From NCBI GenBank assembly GCA_014728535.1, contig WJLL01000053.1:1-42054 (forward strand): DNA of 42,054 bases. The letters run 5' to 3'. Source of the stretch: Candidatus Portnoybacteria bacterium (GTDB lineage Bacteria > Patescibacteriota > Minisyncoccia > RBG-13-40-8-A). Shown here one piece after another: positions 1-9,968 of this stretch. Positions within the stretch are counted from its first letter, which is position 1; each line of letters begins with the position of its first letter. A program made the translations under genes and the position numbers. The notes under the pieces were generated by a model. The model worked only from the letters and a program-made list of their open reading frames with translations, was not told the DNA's origin and made no database searches.

Positions 1-106
1 CTGGCTTATCTATGTTTTTTTTCTTAAAATCTTCCAGTTTCTTTTGTCCTTCCTTTGGTGGAGGACCATATAGCTTATCTATTACTTGTTCTGGTTTGAG
101 TTTCAT
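1..106 (-). CDS. hypothetical protein, 5' part only (runs off the window)
   Basis: ATG at 104..106 (reverse strand) opens a frame reading MKLKPEQVIDKLYGPPPKEGQKKLEDFKKKNIDKP. It sits where clpX is often found after tig-clpP, but it has no ClpX-like CxxC zinc motif, so it is left unnamed. Confidence 0.3.
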   Translation of the reverse strand, partial: MKLKPEQVIDKLYGPPPKEGQKKLEDFKKKNIDKP

Positions 107-194
107 GATTAAGATTGGTTAGTTTGGTTTAATTTTAGCAAGAATTGAAAGAAAAAACAATTGAGAGGTGGAGGAATAAGAACACAAAATCAAG

Positions 195-776
195 CTATCT
201 TTTCTCAATAATATTATCTACAATTCCATATTTTTTAGCTTCTTCAGCAGACATATAGTAATCTCTGTCGGTATCTTTTTCAATCTTAGAAACCTTTTGA
301 CCAGTGTGTTTAGCTAATATTTTATTTAATCTTTCTTTTATCTTCATAATATGCTTAGCAGATATCTCTATTTCAGTAGCCTGTCCTTGAGCACCGCCCA
401 TGACCTGGTGAATTAATACTTCTGAATTAGGCAAAGCAAATCTTTTGCCTTTTTTGCCGCCAGCCAAAACTACAGCAGCCCCGCTAGCAGCAATGCCTAC
501 ACTAACAGTAGAAATATCACATTTAACAAACTGCATAGTATCATACATGGCCATAGTGCCAGTAACAGTACCGCCAGGGCTATTAATGTATATCTGAATG
601 TCTTTTTTAGGGTCTTGGTTTTCTAAAAATAACAGCTGAGCTATAACAGTATTAGCTAGACTATCATCAATAGGACCACCCAAAAATATTATGCGGTCTT
701 TTAATAATCTAGAATAAATGTCATAAGCCCTTTCTCCGTGTTGTGTTTTCTCTATAACTGTTGGAATAAGATTCAT
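195..776 (-). CDS. clpP: ATP-dependent Clp protease proteolytic subunit ClpP
   Basis: 193 aa. ClpP-like throughout: [25 protein letters not shown], active-site Ser context [14 protein letters not shown], His in LIHQ, Asp in DTDRD. Sits directly downstream of tig. Confidence 0.95.
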   Translation of the reverse strand: MNLIPTVIEKTQHGERAYDIYSRLLKDRIIFLGGPIDDSLANTVIAQLLFLENQDPKKDIQIYINSPGGTVTGTMAMYDTMQFVKCDISTVSVGIAASGAAVVLAGGKKGKRFALPNSEVLIHQVMGGAQGQATEIEISAKHIMKIKERLNKILAKHTGQKVSKIEKDTDRDYYMSAEEAKKYGIVDNIIEKR

Positions 777-789
777 AATAAATTAAATG

Positions 790-2070
790 TTAATTAATTT
801 TTGCTTCTTTTTCAAGAAGCTCAAATGTTTTTTCATTTTTTAATATATTTCTAGTATATCCTTTCAATGCTTCAAGGTCAATCTTTTTCTTAACCTCTTC
901 TGGATTAGGATATTGCTTTAAATCTTCATTAATTTTTTCTTCAACCTCTGAATCACTAACATCAACATTTTCTTTTTTAGCAATCTCTCTTAAGCATAAG
1001 CCGATCTTAATTCTTTTACGAGCCTGGTCATCCCATTCTTTTCTAAGCTCTTCTTCTGTTTTTTTAATCTGCTCAAGATATTTTCCAAAATCTAATCCCA
1101 TATTAGCAACATTAGATTTTAATTCATTTAACATTTTTTCTTTTTCTTGCTCAACTAATGAATCAGGGATTTCAACTTTTGAATCATCTGCTATTTTTTC
1201 AATAATAGCAACTCTTAATCTTTCTTTTTCCTTGTTTTCTTTTTCTTGTAATAATCCTTCTTTAACATTTTTCTTTAAAGCATCCAAAGAACTAAAAGCG
1301 CCTAATGATTTAGCAAAATCATCATTTAAAGCAGGCTTTTTTCTTTCCTGAACTAAATTAACTTTAACTTTAAAATCAACATTCTTGCCTGCTATTCTTT
1401 TATCAGGCCAATCATCAGGAATCTTTAAAGAAAATTCTTTTTCTTCTCCAGCCTTCATTCCTTCAATTTTTTCTTCAAATCCAGGAACAAAACGACTTTC
1501 TCCCAAAACAAATGGGTGATTCTTGCTTTCTCCGTCTTCAATCTGAACACCTCCTTGTTTAATTTCAAAATCAAGCTCAACGCGATCACCTTTTTTAGCT
1601 TCTCTTTCAACAGTAATAAGCTGGGTTCTAGAATTCTGCAAATATTCTAAAGACCTATCGAGCTCTTCGTCGTCAACATCTATTTTCTTTTTCTTAACCT
1701 TCACTCCCTTATACTTGCCAAGCTCAACCTCAGGAACCAAATCAAAAATAACTTCATAAACCAAAGGCTCTCCTTTGGCTATTTTCTTAATAGAAATCTG
1801 AGGCTGGCCAACAACGTCTAAATCATTCTTAGAAATTATTCCAGGCAAGCTCTTTTGAACAGCAACATTGGCTGCTTGATTGTATAGCTTCTCAGAACCA
1901 ACCTTTTCTTCAACAGTATTAACAGGAGCTTTCCCAGGCCTAAAGCCTTTAATTTCTAAATTTCTAGACAATTCCTCAGCAGCAGTCTTAAAATATGACT
2001 CAACCAACAAAGGAGGAATTTCTACATTAATCTTAACCTTATTATCTATTTTTTTAATATCTGTTTTCAT
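790..2070 (-). CDS. tig: trigger factor (ribosome-associated chaperone/PPIase)
   Basis: 426 aa. Trigger factor signature GFRPGKAP near the N-terminus, FKBP-like middle region (GDRVELDFE...[20 protein letters not shown]). tig-clpP synteny. Confidence 0.9.
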   Translation of the reverse strand: MKTDIKKIDNKVKINVEIPPLLVESYFKTAAEELSRNLEIKGFRPGKAPVNTVEEKVGSEKLYNQAANVAVQKSLPGIISKNDLDVVGQPQISIKKIAKGEPLVYEVIFDLVPEVELGKYKGVKVKKKKIDVDDEELDRSLEYLQNSRTQLITVEREAKKGDRVELDFEIKQGGVQIEDGESKNHPFVLGESRFVPGFEEKIEGMKAGEEKEFSLKIPDDWPDKRIAGKNVDFKVKVNLVQERKKPALNDDFAKSLGAFSSLDALKKNVKEGLLQEKENKEKERLRVAIIEKIADDSKVEIPDSLVEQEKEKMLNELKSNVANMGLDFGKYLEQIKKTEEELRKEWDDQARKRIKIGLCLREIAKKENVDVSDSEVEEKINEDLKQYPNPEEVKKKIDLEALKGYTRNILKNEKTFELLEKEAKIN

Positions 2071-4028
2071 AATAATGGTGCAATTATTAAGGCTATAATA
2101 GCCATTAATTTTAATAATATGTTTAAGCTGGGACCAGCTGTGTCTTTAAAAGGATCACCAACTGTATCACCAACTACGGCAGCTTTATGAGATTCTGATC
2201 CCTTGCCACCGAGATTATTAGCTTCAATATATTTTTTAGCATTATCCCAAGCAGCTCCTGAATTAGCCATTGTAACTGCTAGCAAAAACCCAGTAACAAT
2301 AGAACCAATCAACAAGCCGCCAAGAGCTTCTGCCCCAAGAACAAAACCAACTACAACAGGGACAATAATAACCAGCAAACTAGGCAAAACCATCTCTCGC
2401 AAAGCTGCTTCAGTGCTAATAGCAATGCAACGAGCATAATCAGGCTCTGCTTCTCCTTCTAGTAAGCCTTTAATTTTCTTAAACTGCCTTCTTACTTCCT
2501 GAACCATTTTCATAGCAGCCCTGCCAACAGAAGAAATAGCAAAAGAAGAAAATAAGAAAGGCATTAATCCGCCCAAAAACAAACCAATAACTGTATTAAT
2601 ATGCAATAAGTTTATTGTATTTAAATCAACAATCAAGCCATAGCTAACCAAAAGAACCAAAGAAGTAAGAGCAGCAGCGCCAATAGCAAACCCCTTGCCA
2701 ATAGCAGCGGTTGTATTACCAACAGCATCTAGTGCCTCAGCTCTTTCTCTTGTCTCTGAACCCATGCCAGCCATCTCAGCAATACCAGCCGCATTATCAG
2801 CAACAGGGCCATATGTATCAGTAGCCAAAGTAATACCTAAAGTAGCAAGCATCCCGACAGCAGCAATAGCTATACCATAAATTCCCCCAAACAGATATGA
2901 AAGAAATAGGGCGATAACAACAATCAAGACAGGAGGAAAAACACTTCTCAGGCCAAGAGAAAAGCCACTCAAAATATTTGTAGCAGAGCCGGTCTGAGTT
3001 GAAATAGCTACCTTTTGAGTTGGTTTAAACTTGTCTGAGGTAAAGTATTCAGTAATCAATCCAATTCCTATCCCTGAAGCCAAACCAACTAAAAAGGGGA
3101 TTATTAATAAGTAGCTGCCTGTAAGGTATTTAATAACAAAAACAGAAGCAAGGGCTGTAATAAGACTTGATCCAAAAATTCCAAAATTAAGAATCTTGCT
3201 TGGATTTTTAAATTTTAAAACCCAAACAAGGATATTTCCTATTATAGAGCCCACTATTCCAACTCCTGCCAAAACAAGTGGAAGGATAACTAAATTTTTA
3301 AATCCTATTAAAATACCCATAGCACCAATCACCATTGCAGCAATAATAGCATCAACATAGCTTTCAAATAAGTCAGCTCCCATGCCAGCAACATCACCAA
3401 CATTATCACCAACATTATCAGCTATTGTTGCAGGATTTCTAGGATCATCTTCAGGAATACCAGCCTCTACTTTCCCAACAAGATCAGCCCCAACATCAGC
3501 AGCTTTTGTATAAATACCGCCTCCAACACGAGCAAATAAAGCAATGGCTGATGCTCCAAAGCCAAATCCATAAATAATCTGAGGATCTTTTAATAATAAA
3601 TAAAGGGAGGAAACGCCAAGCAATCCCAAACCAACAACAGACATACCCATAACAGAACCGCTATTAAAAGCAACTCTTAATCCTTGCTTTATGCCTTCTT
3701 TTGCTTTTTCTGCTGTCCTGGCATTACTGGCTGTAGCAATTCTCATACCAATATTGCCTGCTAATCCACTAAAAACCGCACCAGCTAAAAAAGCCAGAGC
3801 AGTATTTTTACTAACAAAAAAGAACAATAAAAGGCCAGCAACAAGAATAAATAAAAAGAGTATTTTGTACTCTTTATTTAAAAATGTCATCGCCCCCCTA
3901 TAAATAGATTTTGATATTTTTTTTGCTAAATTGTCTTTTATTCTTTGCCTGGTTATATACACAGCAAGCCCTCCTGCAAAAAGCAGAGCAACAACAGACA
4001 CTATAATTGAGAGATAAATAAAAACCAT
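2067..4028 (-). CDS. hppA: membrane-integral pyrophosphate-energised cation pump (M-PPase), K+-dependent type by motif
   Basis: 653 aa polytopic protein with [41 protein letters not shown] and [14 protein letters not shown]. Ala rather than Lys in GNTTAA is the published marker of K+-dependent M-PPases. ATGA overlap with the tig start. Confidence 0.93.
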   Translation of the reverse strand: MVFIYLSIIVSVVALLFAGGLAVYITRQRIKDNLAKKISKSIYRGAMTFLNKEYKILFLFILVAGLLLFFFVSKNTALAFLAGAVFSGLAGNIGMRIATASNARTAEKAKEGIKQGLRVAFNSGSVMGMSVVGLGLLGVSSLYLLLKDPQIIYGFGFGASAIALFARVGGGIYTKAADVGADLVGKVEAGIPEDDPRNPATIADNVGDNVGDVAGMGADLFESYVDAIIAAMVIGAMGILIGFKNLVILPLVLAGVGIVGSIIGNILVWVLKFKNPSKILNFGIFGSSLITALASVFVIKYLTGSYLLIIPFLVGLASGIGIGLITEYFTSDKFKPTQKVAISTQTGSATNILSGFSLGLRSVFPPVLIVVIALFLSYLFGGIYGIAIAAVGMLATLGITLATDTYGPVADNAAGIAEMAGMGSETRERAEALDAVGNTTAAIGKGFAIGAAALTSLVLLVSYGLIVDLNTINLLHINTVIGLFLGGLMPFLFSSFAISSVGRAAMKMVQEVRRQFKKIKGLLEGEAEPDYARCIAISTEAALREMVLPSLLVIIVPVVVGFVLGAEALGGLLIGSIVTGFLLAVTMANSGAAWDNAKKYIEANNLGGKGSESHKAAVVGDTVGDPFKDTAGPSLNILLKLMAIIALIIAPLL

Positions 4029-4060
4029 AAATTAAATTATTAATGGTTGATCAAAATACC

Positions 4061-5320
4061 TTATTTTTCTTCTTTAGAATCTTTTTTGGTTTCCTTTTCT
4101 TTCTTTTTAGCTTTTTTCTTTGTTTCTTTTTCTTCCTTTTTCTTAGTTTTCTTTTTAGAATCTTCTTTTTCTTCAGATTCTTTATCTTCTTTTTTTTCTA
4201 CCTTTTTAACTTCCCCTGATTCACTTTTAACATCTATTTTCCATCCAGTCAATTTTGCTGCCAATCTAACATTTTGCCCCTCTTGACCAATAGCTAAAGA
4301 CAATTGATCGTCAGGAACAGTAGCTAAAGCAGTTCTTTTTTCTTTATCTACTTTTACACTCAAAACCTTGGCAGGAGAAAGAGAATTTGCAATATACTTA
4401 GAAGGATCTTCTTCATATTCTATTATGTCAATCTTTTCACCACTTAATTCATTAATAACAGCCTGAACCCTACTTCCTTTTTGACCAACACAAGAACCAA
4501 CAGGATCAACTCCTTCTTCATCACTAAAAACGGCAATCTTAGTTCTAGAACCAGGCTCTCTTGCAATAGATTTTATTTCAACAGAACCAGCAGATATTTC
4601 AGGAACTTCAATTGCAAATAGCCTACTAACTAATTTAGGATAAGCCCTAGATAAAACAATATTAGCTCCTTTAGGAGATTGCTCAACTTTTAATATATAT
4701 ACTCTAACTCTCTGACCAATAAAATATCTTTCTCCAGGAATTTGTTCTTCTGGAAAAAGAATTCCTGTTATTTTTCCAATATCTAAAAATATATTTCTTC
4801 CTTCTATTCTTTGAACAACAGCGCTAATAACTTCGTCTTCTTTGTCTTTATACTCTTCATATACAACCTCTCTTTCTGCTTCACGCAATCTTTGGATAAT
4901 AACCTGCTTGGCTGTTTGAGCTGCTATTCTTCCATAGTCAGTGTGTGTTTCTAAAGGAATCTCTATTTCATCTTCTACTTTTACATCTTTTTTAATTTTT
5001 TTAGCTTCCTCAAGCATCATGTGCTTGTGAGGATTAAATCTAATTTTTTTATCCTCTTCTTCTCCTTCTTTCTCCTCAACTTCATCTTCTTCCCCTTCCT
5101 CTCTTAACATGCTTTCTTCAACAACTAAAAAAACCTGGGAAATCTTAACTTCTCCAGTTTCTTGGTTAAATTCGGCCTTAATATTTTGGCCCTTTTTACC
5201 ATAGTCTTTTTTGTAAGCTGCAGCTATAGCCATTTCGAGAGTTTCAATAATTTTTTCCTGAGGAATTCCTTTTTCCTCAGCAATTTGAGCCATAGCTGAT
5301 AAAAATTGTTTCTGGTCCAT
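4061..5320 (-). CDS. nusA: transcription termination/antitermination factor NusA with a Lys/Glu-rich C-terminal tail
   Basis: N-terminal domain, S1 domain (GRNIFLDIGKITGILFPEEQIPGERY) and two KH domains (VGQKGSRVQAVINELSGEKIDII; AIGQEGQNVRLAAKLTGWKIDVKS). I prefer the ATG at 5320 (MDQKQFLSAMAQIAEEKGI) over the TTG at 5344 used in the ORF track. Confidence 0.88.
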   Translation of the reverse strand: MDQKQFLSAMAQIAEEKGIPQEKIIETLEMAIAAAYKKDYGKKGQNIKAEFNQETGEVKISQVFLVVEESMLREEGEEDEVEEKEGEEEDKKIRFNPHKHMMLEEAKKIKKDVKVEDEIEIPLETHTDYGRIAAQTAKQVIIQRLREAEREVVYEEYKDKEDEVISAVVQRIEGRNIFLDIGKITGILFPEEQIPGERYFIGQRVRVYILKVEQSPKGANIVLSRAYPKLVSRLFAIEVPEISAGSVEIKSIAREPGSRTKIAVFSDEEGVDPVGSCVGQKGSRVQAVINELSGEKIDIIEYEEDPSKYIANSLSPAKVLSVKVDKEKRTALATVPDDQLSLAIGQEGQNVRLAAKLTGWKIDVKSESGEVKKVEKKEDKESEEKEDSKKKTKKKEEKETKKKAKKKEKETKKDSKEEK

Positions 5321-5327
5321 ATTTTTT

Positions 5328-5351
5328 AGAAAAGTCCGCTTCAAAGCGGAC
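5328..5351 (-). terminator. hairpin plus interrupted U-tract just upstream of the nusA start (terminator or attenuator)
   Basis: On the minus strand: GTCCGCT-TTGA-AGCGGAC followed by TTTTCT. It lies after the 5400..6245 gene and 8 nt before the nusA ATG. Confidence 0.55.
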
Positions 5352-5399
5352 CATTAATCATTAAGATTTAATCTTAATTTATTAAAAACCCTTTGTCAA

Positions 5400-6245
5400 C
5401 TATTCTTCCTTTATTTTTTCTAAAATTTCCTTTGCTTTTTCAGGGCCACCTTCTGTGTCTACATCAACCCACAAGCCTCTATGAACATATGCTAATAATT
5501 GATTTTCTTCAGCAAGCTCAGGAAAAACAACTTCTTCAACAGCAAATGAATCTGTTAATTTTTTTGACTTATATCCCTTTGTTTCAAAAACCTTTGGAGA
5601 TAAAATATAGAAGCCTGCATTAATATATCCTGAATATTGATAATCTGGCTTTTCAATAAATTCAGTTACCCTATTGTTTTTTGTCTTAACCAAGCCCATA
5701 TCAACAGGATTTTGAGTATAATATACAGCCATAGCACCCAGAATATCTTCATGAGAAACTCTTTTTCTTAAAGGAGAAACCTTTAAGGGTAATATCCTAG
5801 GGGTATATGTTTTAGAAAAGCCAGAAGAAGGAAAAATTCTAGGTTCTGAAATATTCTTTTTATAGAATTTAACAAACTTTTTTAAATTAAGATTACACAA
5901 AACATCTCCGTTCATTACTAAAAAGTCTTTTTTCAACCCCTTGGCAGCATTTCTAATAGCACCGCCTGTGCCAAGAGCCTTTGGTCCAATAATATATTCA
6001 ACCCCTGCAACTTTACCCCTTTTCTTAGAAATGTCTGCTTTTTTATCTTTTTTCTTTAAATGCTTTAAAATTTCGTCAGCCTTATGATACAAGCTTAATT
6101 TAATATCATTAAATTTGTTTTTTCTCAAAAACTCAATCTGATAATCTAAAAGAGGCCTTCCATCTATTTCAATTAAAGACTTAGCCACCTTCCTATATTT
6201 ACCCGGTAAATGGGTTTTTCCACCAGCTAAAATTATTGCTTTCAT
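5400..6245 (-). CDS. sugar-phosphate nucleotidyltransferase family protein, divergent
   Basis: 281 aa. MKAIILAGGK start, GTGGAIRNA, VMNGDVL and INAGFYIL resemble the NTP_transferase fold. The canonical GxGTRLxPLT loop is not conserved (GGKTHLPGKYRKVAKSL) and there are basic and Pro/Ser-rich insertions. Confidence 0.65.
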   Translation of the reverse strand: MKAIILAGGKTHLPGKYRKVAKSLIEIDGRPLLDYQIEFLRKNKFNDIKLSLYHKADEILKHLKKKDKKADISKKRGKVAGVEYIIGPKALGTGGAIRNAAKGLKKDFLVMNGDVLCNLNLKKFVKFYKKNISEPRIFPSSGFSKTYTPRILPLKVSPLRKRVSHEDILGAMAVYYTQNPVDMGLVKTKNNRVTEFIEKPDYQYSGYINAGFYILSPKVFETKGYKSKKLTDSFAVEEVVFPELAEENQLLAYVHRGLWVDVDTEGGPEKAKEILEKIKEE

Positions 6246-6284
6246 AAGTTTTTATGTTACTTTTTAAAAAATAACAAGTCAAGA

Positions 6285-6311
6285 AAAACAAAAAGCGCAA
6301 AAGCGCTTTTT
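6285..6311 (-). terminator. rho-independent terminator, symmetric (bidirectional shape)
   Basis: AAAAAGCGC-AAAA-GCGCTTTTT, located 22 nt after the stop of the ABC permease gene. Confidence 0.7.
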
Positions 6312-6332
6312 GAAGAATCAAAAATAAAAATG

Positions 6333-7598
6333 CTATTCATGTCTTAATGCCTCAATAGGGCTCAGCTTAGAGGCCTTTCTAGCAGGGTATATACCAAAAA
6401 CCAAACCAACCAATACAGCAACACCGAATGCTAAAATAACGGACTCTATAGGCATAATAAACTTCCAGTCTGTATTTAAAACACTGCTTAATGCAATAGA
6501 GGACGCAAAAGAAACAAGAGCCCCAATAATAAAGCCAACAAAACCACCAGAAACAGTGAGAGCAATGGACTCAAATAGAAACTGATTAAGAATATCCTTA
6601 TTCCTTGCCCCCATGGCTTTTCTTAAACCAATCTCCCTGGTTCTTTCTGTAACAGAAACAAGCATAATATTCATAATTCCAATACCTCCAACAATCAAGG
6701 CAATAGCAGCAACAGAAGAAAGAAAAGCAGTCAAAACACCAGTGATTTGATTCAACATGTCAGCAGCCTCTACCTGGCTCATTACCTTAAAATCATCTTT
6801 AGACAAATCTCCCTCCGGATTATATATCCCATGCTGCTCTCTTAAAATCAAGCGAATAACCCTAACAGCTTGAGGAACCACGTCATCATTAACAGCCCGA
6901 GCAATAATCCATTGAACATGATCTGCGCCCAATAAAAGCTTTTGAGCAGTAGTAACAGGAATATATATTATTTCATCAAGATTCTGAAACATTTGCGTAC
7001 CCTGTTCTTCCATAACACCAACAACCCTAAAGCTAACATTCTTAATCCTAATTTTTTTACCTATAGGATCCTCTTCTCCAAATAAATCATCTTTTATCTT
7101 GTATCCTAAAACAGCAATACGAGACATAGACTTAACATCATCTTCAGTTATGCTTCTGCCCAAAACAGGATAGACATCATCTATATCATTAGCATCTCCT
7201 GTTGTGCCATAAAAAGTAATCTTTTCATCTTCCCCCCTATAAACAACACGAGCAACTCCAAATGTATAAGGAGCTGCTTTGTCTATTAAAGGATCTTTTT
7301 CTATTGCTTCTGCGTCTTCAATCTTAAGAGTTTTAATAGTCATTTCTTCAATAGCACTCTCATAGCCACCACCACCAGAATGCTCTGAAGGATCAAAAGA
7401 CCCAGGCTCAATATATATATTGTTTGAACCAGTTGCTGTAACCTGGCCAACAATCAAGTTCTGAGCACCACCGCCCAAAGCCATCATTATTATTACAGCA
7501 GCTACTCCAATAACAATACCTAAAATAGTAAGAGCTGATCGGCTCTTATTGGCCTTCAAGGCAGTAGTAGAAATTTTAATTAAATCACGAAATTTCAT
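6333..7598 (-). CDS. ABC transporter permease, MacB/FtsX family
   Basis: 421 aa. N-terminal TM, large extracytoplasmic domain, and a C-terminal FtsX-type 3-TM bundle (ERTREIGLRKAMGARNKDILNQFLFES). Starts 3 nt after the ATPase gene stop. Confidence 0.88.
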   Translation of the reverse strand: MKFRDLIKISTTALKANKSRSALTILGIVIGVAAVIIMMALGGGAQNLIVGQVTATGSNNIYIEPGSFDPSEHSGGGGYESAIEEMTIKTLKIEDAEAIEKDPLIDKAAPYTFGVARVVYRGEDEKITFYGTTGDANDIDDVYPVLGRSITEDDVKSMSRIAVLGYKIKDDLFGEEDPIGKKIRIKNVSFRVVGVMEEQGTQMFQNLDEIIYIPVTTAQKLLLGADHVQWIIARAVNDDVVPQAVRVIRLILREQHGIYNPEGDLSKDDFKVMSQVEAADMLNQITGVLTAFLSSVAAIALIVGGIGIMNIMLVSVTERTREIGLRKAMGARNKDILNQFLFESIALTVSGGFVGFIIGALVSFASSIALSSVLNTDWKFIMPIESVILAFGVAVLVGLVFGIYPARKASKLSPIEALRHE

Positions 7599-7600
7599 AT

Positions 7601-8311
7601 TTATTTAAATAATCCATTTTTAGCAATTCTTCTATGAGCAACTTTGCTATCACTGACAATCCTGCCATCTTTAAGACTAATAACTCTTTCAGCCATCTCA
7701 GAAGTATATTTTTCATGAGTAACTAAGATAATTGTATGCCCTTTATCATTTAAATCTTGCAAAATCTCCATAATCTGTTGACCAGATTTGCTATCTAAAT
7801 TACCAGTTGGCTCGTCAGCAAAAATCAAAGAAGGATGATTGACTATGGCTCTAGCTATAGCAACTCTTTGCTGCTCACCACCAGAAAGCTGATTAGGCGT
7901 ATGGCTTTTTCTATGAGAAAGACCAACAGAATCTATTGCTTCTAAAACTCTCTTGTCTTTCTCTTTCTCAGGAATATTAGAATAAATTAAAGGCAATTTA
8001 ACATTATCAAAAACATTTGTTCTAGCCAGTAAATTAAAAAACTGAAAAACAAAACCCATTTTTTCATTGCGAACAAAAGCAAGCTGATCATCGTCTAACT
8101 CATCAATGCTTTGCCCTTCAAATCTACAAGTGCCAGAGCTAGGCCTATCTAAATATCCCATAATATGCATTAATGTAGACTTGCCAGACCCAGAAGGCCC
8201 CATTATTGCAACAAAATCTCCTTTATCAATATTAAAGGAGACTCCATCTAAAGCAATGGTTTTAACATGATCATTGCTATATTCTTTTCTAAGATTTTTA
8301 ACCTCAATCAT
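7601..8311 (-). CDS. ABC transporter ATP-binding protein, MacB/LolD-like
   Basis: Walker A GPSGSGKST, signature LSGGEQQRVAIARA, Walker B LIFADEPTGNLD. Start moved to the ATG at 8311 (MIEVKNLRKEY). The longer track ORF would overlap the upstream adaptor gene by 74 nt. Confidence 0.9.
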   Translation of the reverse strand: MIEVKNLRKEYSNDHVKTIALDGVSFNIDKGDFVAIMGPSGSGKSTLMHIMGYLDRPSSGTCRFEGQSIDELDDDQLAFVRNEKMGFVFQFFNLLARTNVFDNVKLPLIYSNIPEKEKDKRVLEAIDSVGLSHRKSHTPNQLSGGEQQRVAIARAIVNHPSLIFADEPTGNLDSKSGQQIMEILQDLNDKGHTIILVTHEKYTSEMAERVISLKDGRIVSDSKVAHRRIAKNGLFK

Positions 8312-9953
8312 CTTTTTTAATAAATGTAACAACCTTATCTCCTTCATTAACCCCAGAGACAATCTCAACTTCGCCATTTCTTCCTCGGATTCCAGTCTTA
8401 ACCAAGATTTCTTTATAGGACTCTTTTTCTATATTTTCAATTACTCTCAAATATCTATTTTCGTCTTTAAAAACAAGGGCACGATAAGGAACAAACAAAA
8501 CATTTTCACGCACATCAGTTCTAATAGTAGCATCCGCGCTCATTCCTGACCGTATTTCTTCACTTTCTTCATCAAATAAAATTTTTGTTTGATAATAGAC
8601 AACACCATCAATAATTGTCTCTCCAGGCTCAATTTCAACAATCCTGCCAGCCCATTCTTTTTCAGGAAAAGCATCTAAAACAATATCAACAGAATCTCCA
8701 ACATCAACTTTTCTAATATCAGCCTCAGAAATATCAGCATTAATCTGAAAACCTCCAGGAGAAATCAAGGAAGCAACTACCCTGCCTGCAGCAGTAACAA
8801 CCTCCCCAATCTTAACATCTATCTTAGCCACGATGCCATCAAAAGGAGCGATTATGCTTGCATCTTTTAATCTCTGGCTGTATTCATTCATATTTGCCTT
8901 ATACTTATTAACATCAGCCTGATAAACAGAAACGTCTACCCCTCTAGGAGGAGCCTTTAATTCTTCTAAGTCAGCAACAGCCTTTTTATACAAATTCTCA
9001 GCAGAATTAATGCTAATTTGATTTGAAACCCTCTGATCAGCAATGTTTTTTTGAGCTGAATTAATATTACTAAATGCAGCATTAGCATTAGTAATATTTG
9101 TTTCTATTCTAGTTCTGTCAGTAGAAGAAACATCTTCTCTTATAGTAGGATCACTTAATCCTTTCTTGGCATAATCCAGAGCATCAATTAATTCTTTTAA
9201 AGCAGATCTCATTTCAATTAATGCAGTATCAATATTTTCATGAGAAGAATCATCAACTGCCAGGTCTATATAATATTCTGCCCCCTCTTCATTAATAGAA
9301 GAAATTCCCCAAAAAGCATTTTCAGCCTGGTCTTTCTTGGATCTAAATGTACTATCCAAAGTACTGCTGCGATAAAAATACAGCCTCTCAATATCACTCA
9401 AATCAGCAAGAGCATTATTGTACTTGCTAGAAGCATCTATTAAATAAACTAGGGCGGAATTGTAGTCTTGATCTAAATTATTCTCTGCCTCAAGCCTAGT
9501 GTCTTCTAAATCCCTTGATGTATTTTCAACAACCTGCTCAGCTACTCTTATCTCTTCAACAGTAGCGCCAGCTAACAACTGATCAAGCTTTGCTCTAGCC
9601 TGCTCATAATTAGACTGAGCTTGAAGATACTGGCTATACAATTCTCCGCTAGATAATTGAATTAAATAATCTCCCTTTTTAACCTCATCTCCCACAGAAA
9701 CATTTATTTTATCAACAATACCGCTAGATTTAAATCTAAGGTCAACCTCCTCAGCAGACTCAACCACGCCAGTAGCAGAAACCTCTTGAATAACATCTCC
9801 TCTTTTAACTTCAGTCCATTCAAAAGAAGCTTCCCCGCCTCTAAAAGCAAGAATTCCTCCCCCTATAATCAAAATTAGGATTATAAGGAAAATAATCTTG
9901 GTTCTTTTTTTACTATTTTTAATTTTAGACCAAATTCCTTTAGATTTTTCCAT
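8304..9953 (-). CDS. HlyD/MacA-type efflux adaptor (membrane fusion protein) with a very long helical insert
   Basis: 549 aa. N-terminal TM anchor, lipoyl-like motifs (GIVDKINVSVGDEVKKGDYLIQL; APFDGIVAKIDVKIGEVV), a long coiled-coil region, and a beta-barrel C-terminus. First gene of the adaptor-ATPase-permease trio. Confidence 0.8.
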   Translation of the reverse strand: MEKSKGIWSKIKNSKKRTKIIFLIILILIIGGGILAFRGGEASFEWTEVKRGDVIQEVSATGVVESAEEVDLRFKSSGIVDKINVSVGDEVKKGDYLIQLSSGELYSQYLQAQSNYEQARAKLDQLLAGATVEEIRVAEQVVENTSRDLEDTRLEAENNLDQDYNSALVYLIDASSKYNNALADLSDIERLYFYRSSTLDSTFRSKKDQAENAFWGISSINEEGAEYYIDLAVDDSSHENIDTALIEMRSALKELIDALDYAKKGLSDPTIREDVSSTDRTRIETNITNANAAFSNINSAQKNIADQRVSNQISINSAENLYKKAVADLEELKAPPRGVDVSVYQADVNKYKANMNEYSQRLKDASIIAPFDGIVAKIDVKIGEVVTAAGRVVASLISPGGFQINADISEADIRKVDVGDSVDIVLDAFPEKEWAGRIVEIEPGETIIDGVVYYQTKILFDEESEEIRSGMSADATIRTDVRENVLFVPYRALVFKDENRYLRVIENIEKESYKEILVKTGIRGRNGEVEIVSGVNEGDKVVTFIKKDD

Positions 9954-9968
9954 TTTTTTAAAAATTAA

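Noticed and set aside
1-106. Calling the partial gene after clpP as clpX on synteny grounds.
   Set aside because: The 35 visible residues lack the ClpX N-terminal zinc-ribbon CxxC motifs and have no resemblance I can defend.
4061-4200. The Lys/Glu-rich tail of NusA (and similar K/E-rich tails on other proteins here), considered as a separate gene or frameshifted fusion.
   Set aside because: It is continuous in frame with the second KH domain, with no internal start or stop signals. Charged tails recur in several proteins of this window, which points to a lineage compositional habit.
5768-5788. An 8-bp inverted repeat inside the nucleotidyltransferase gene, considered as a MITE-like insertion.
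   Set aside because: There are no target-site duplications or terminal repeats of an element. The reading frame is maintained and I saw no second copy elsewhere in the window. It is kept only as a note within the finding on that gene.
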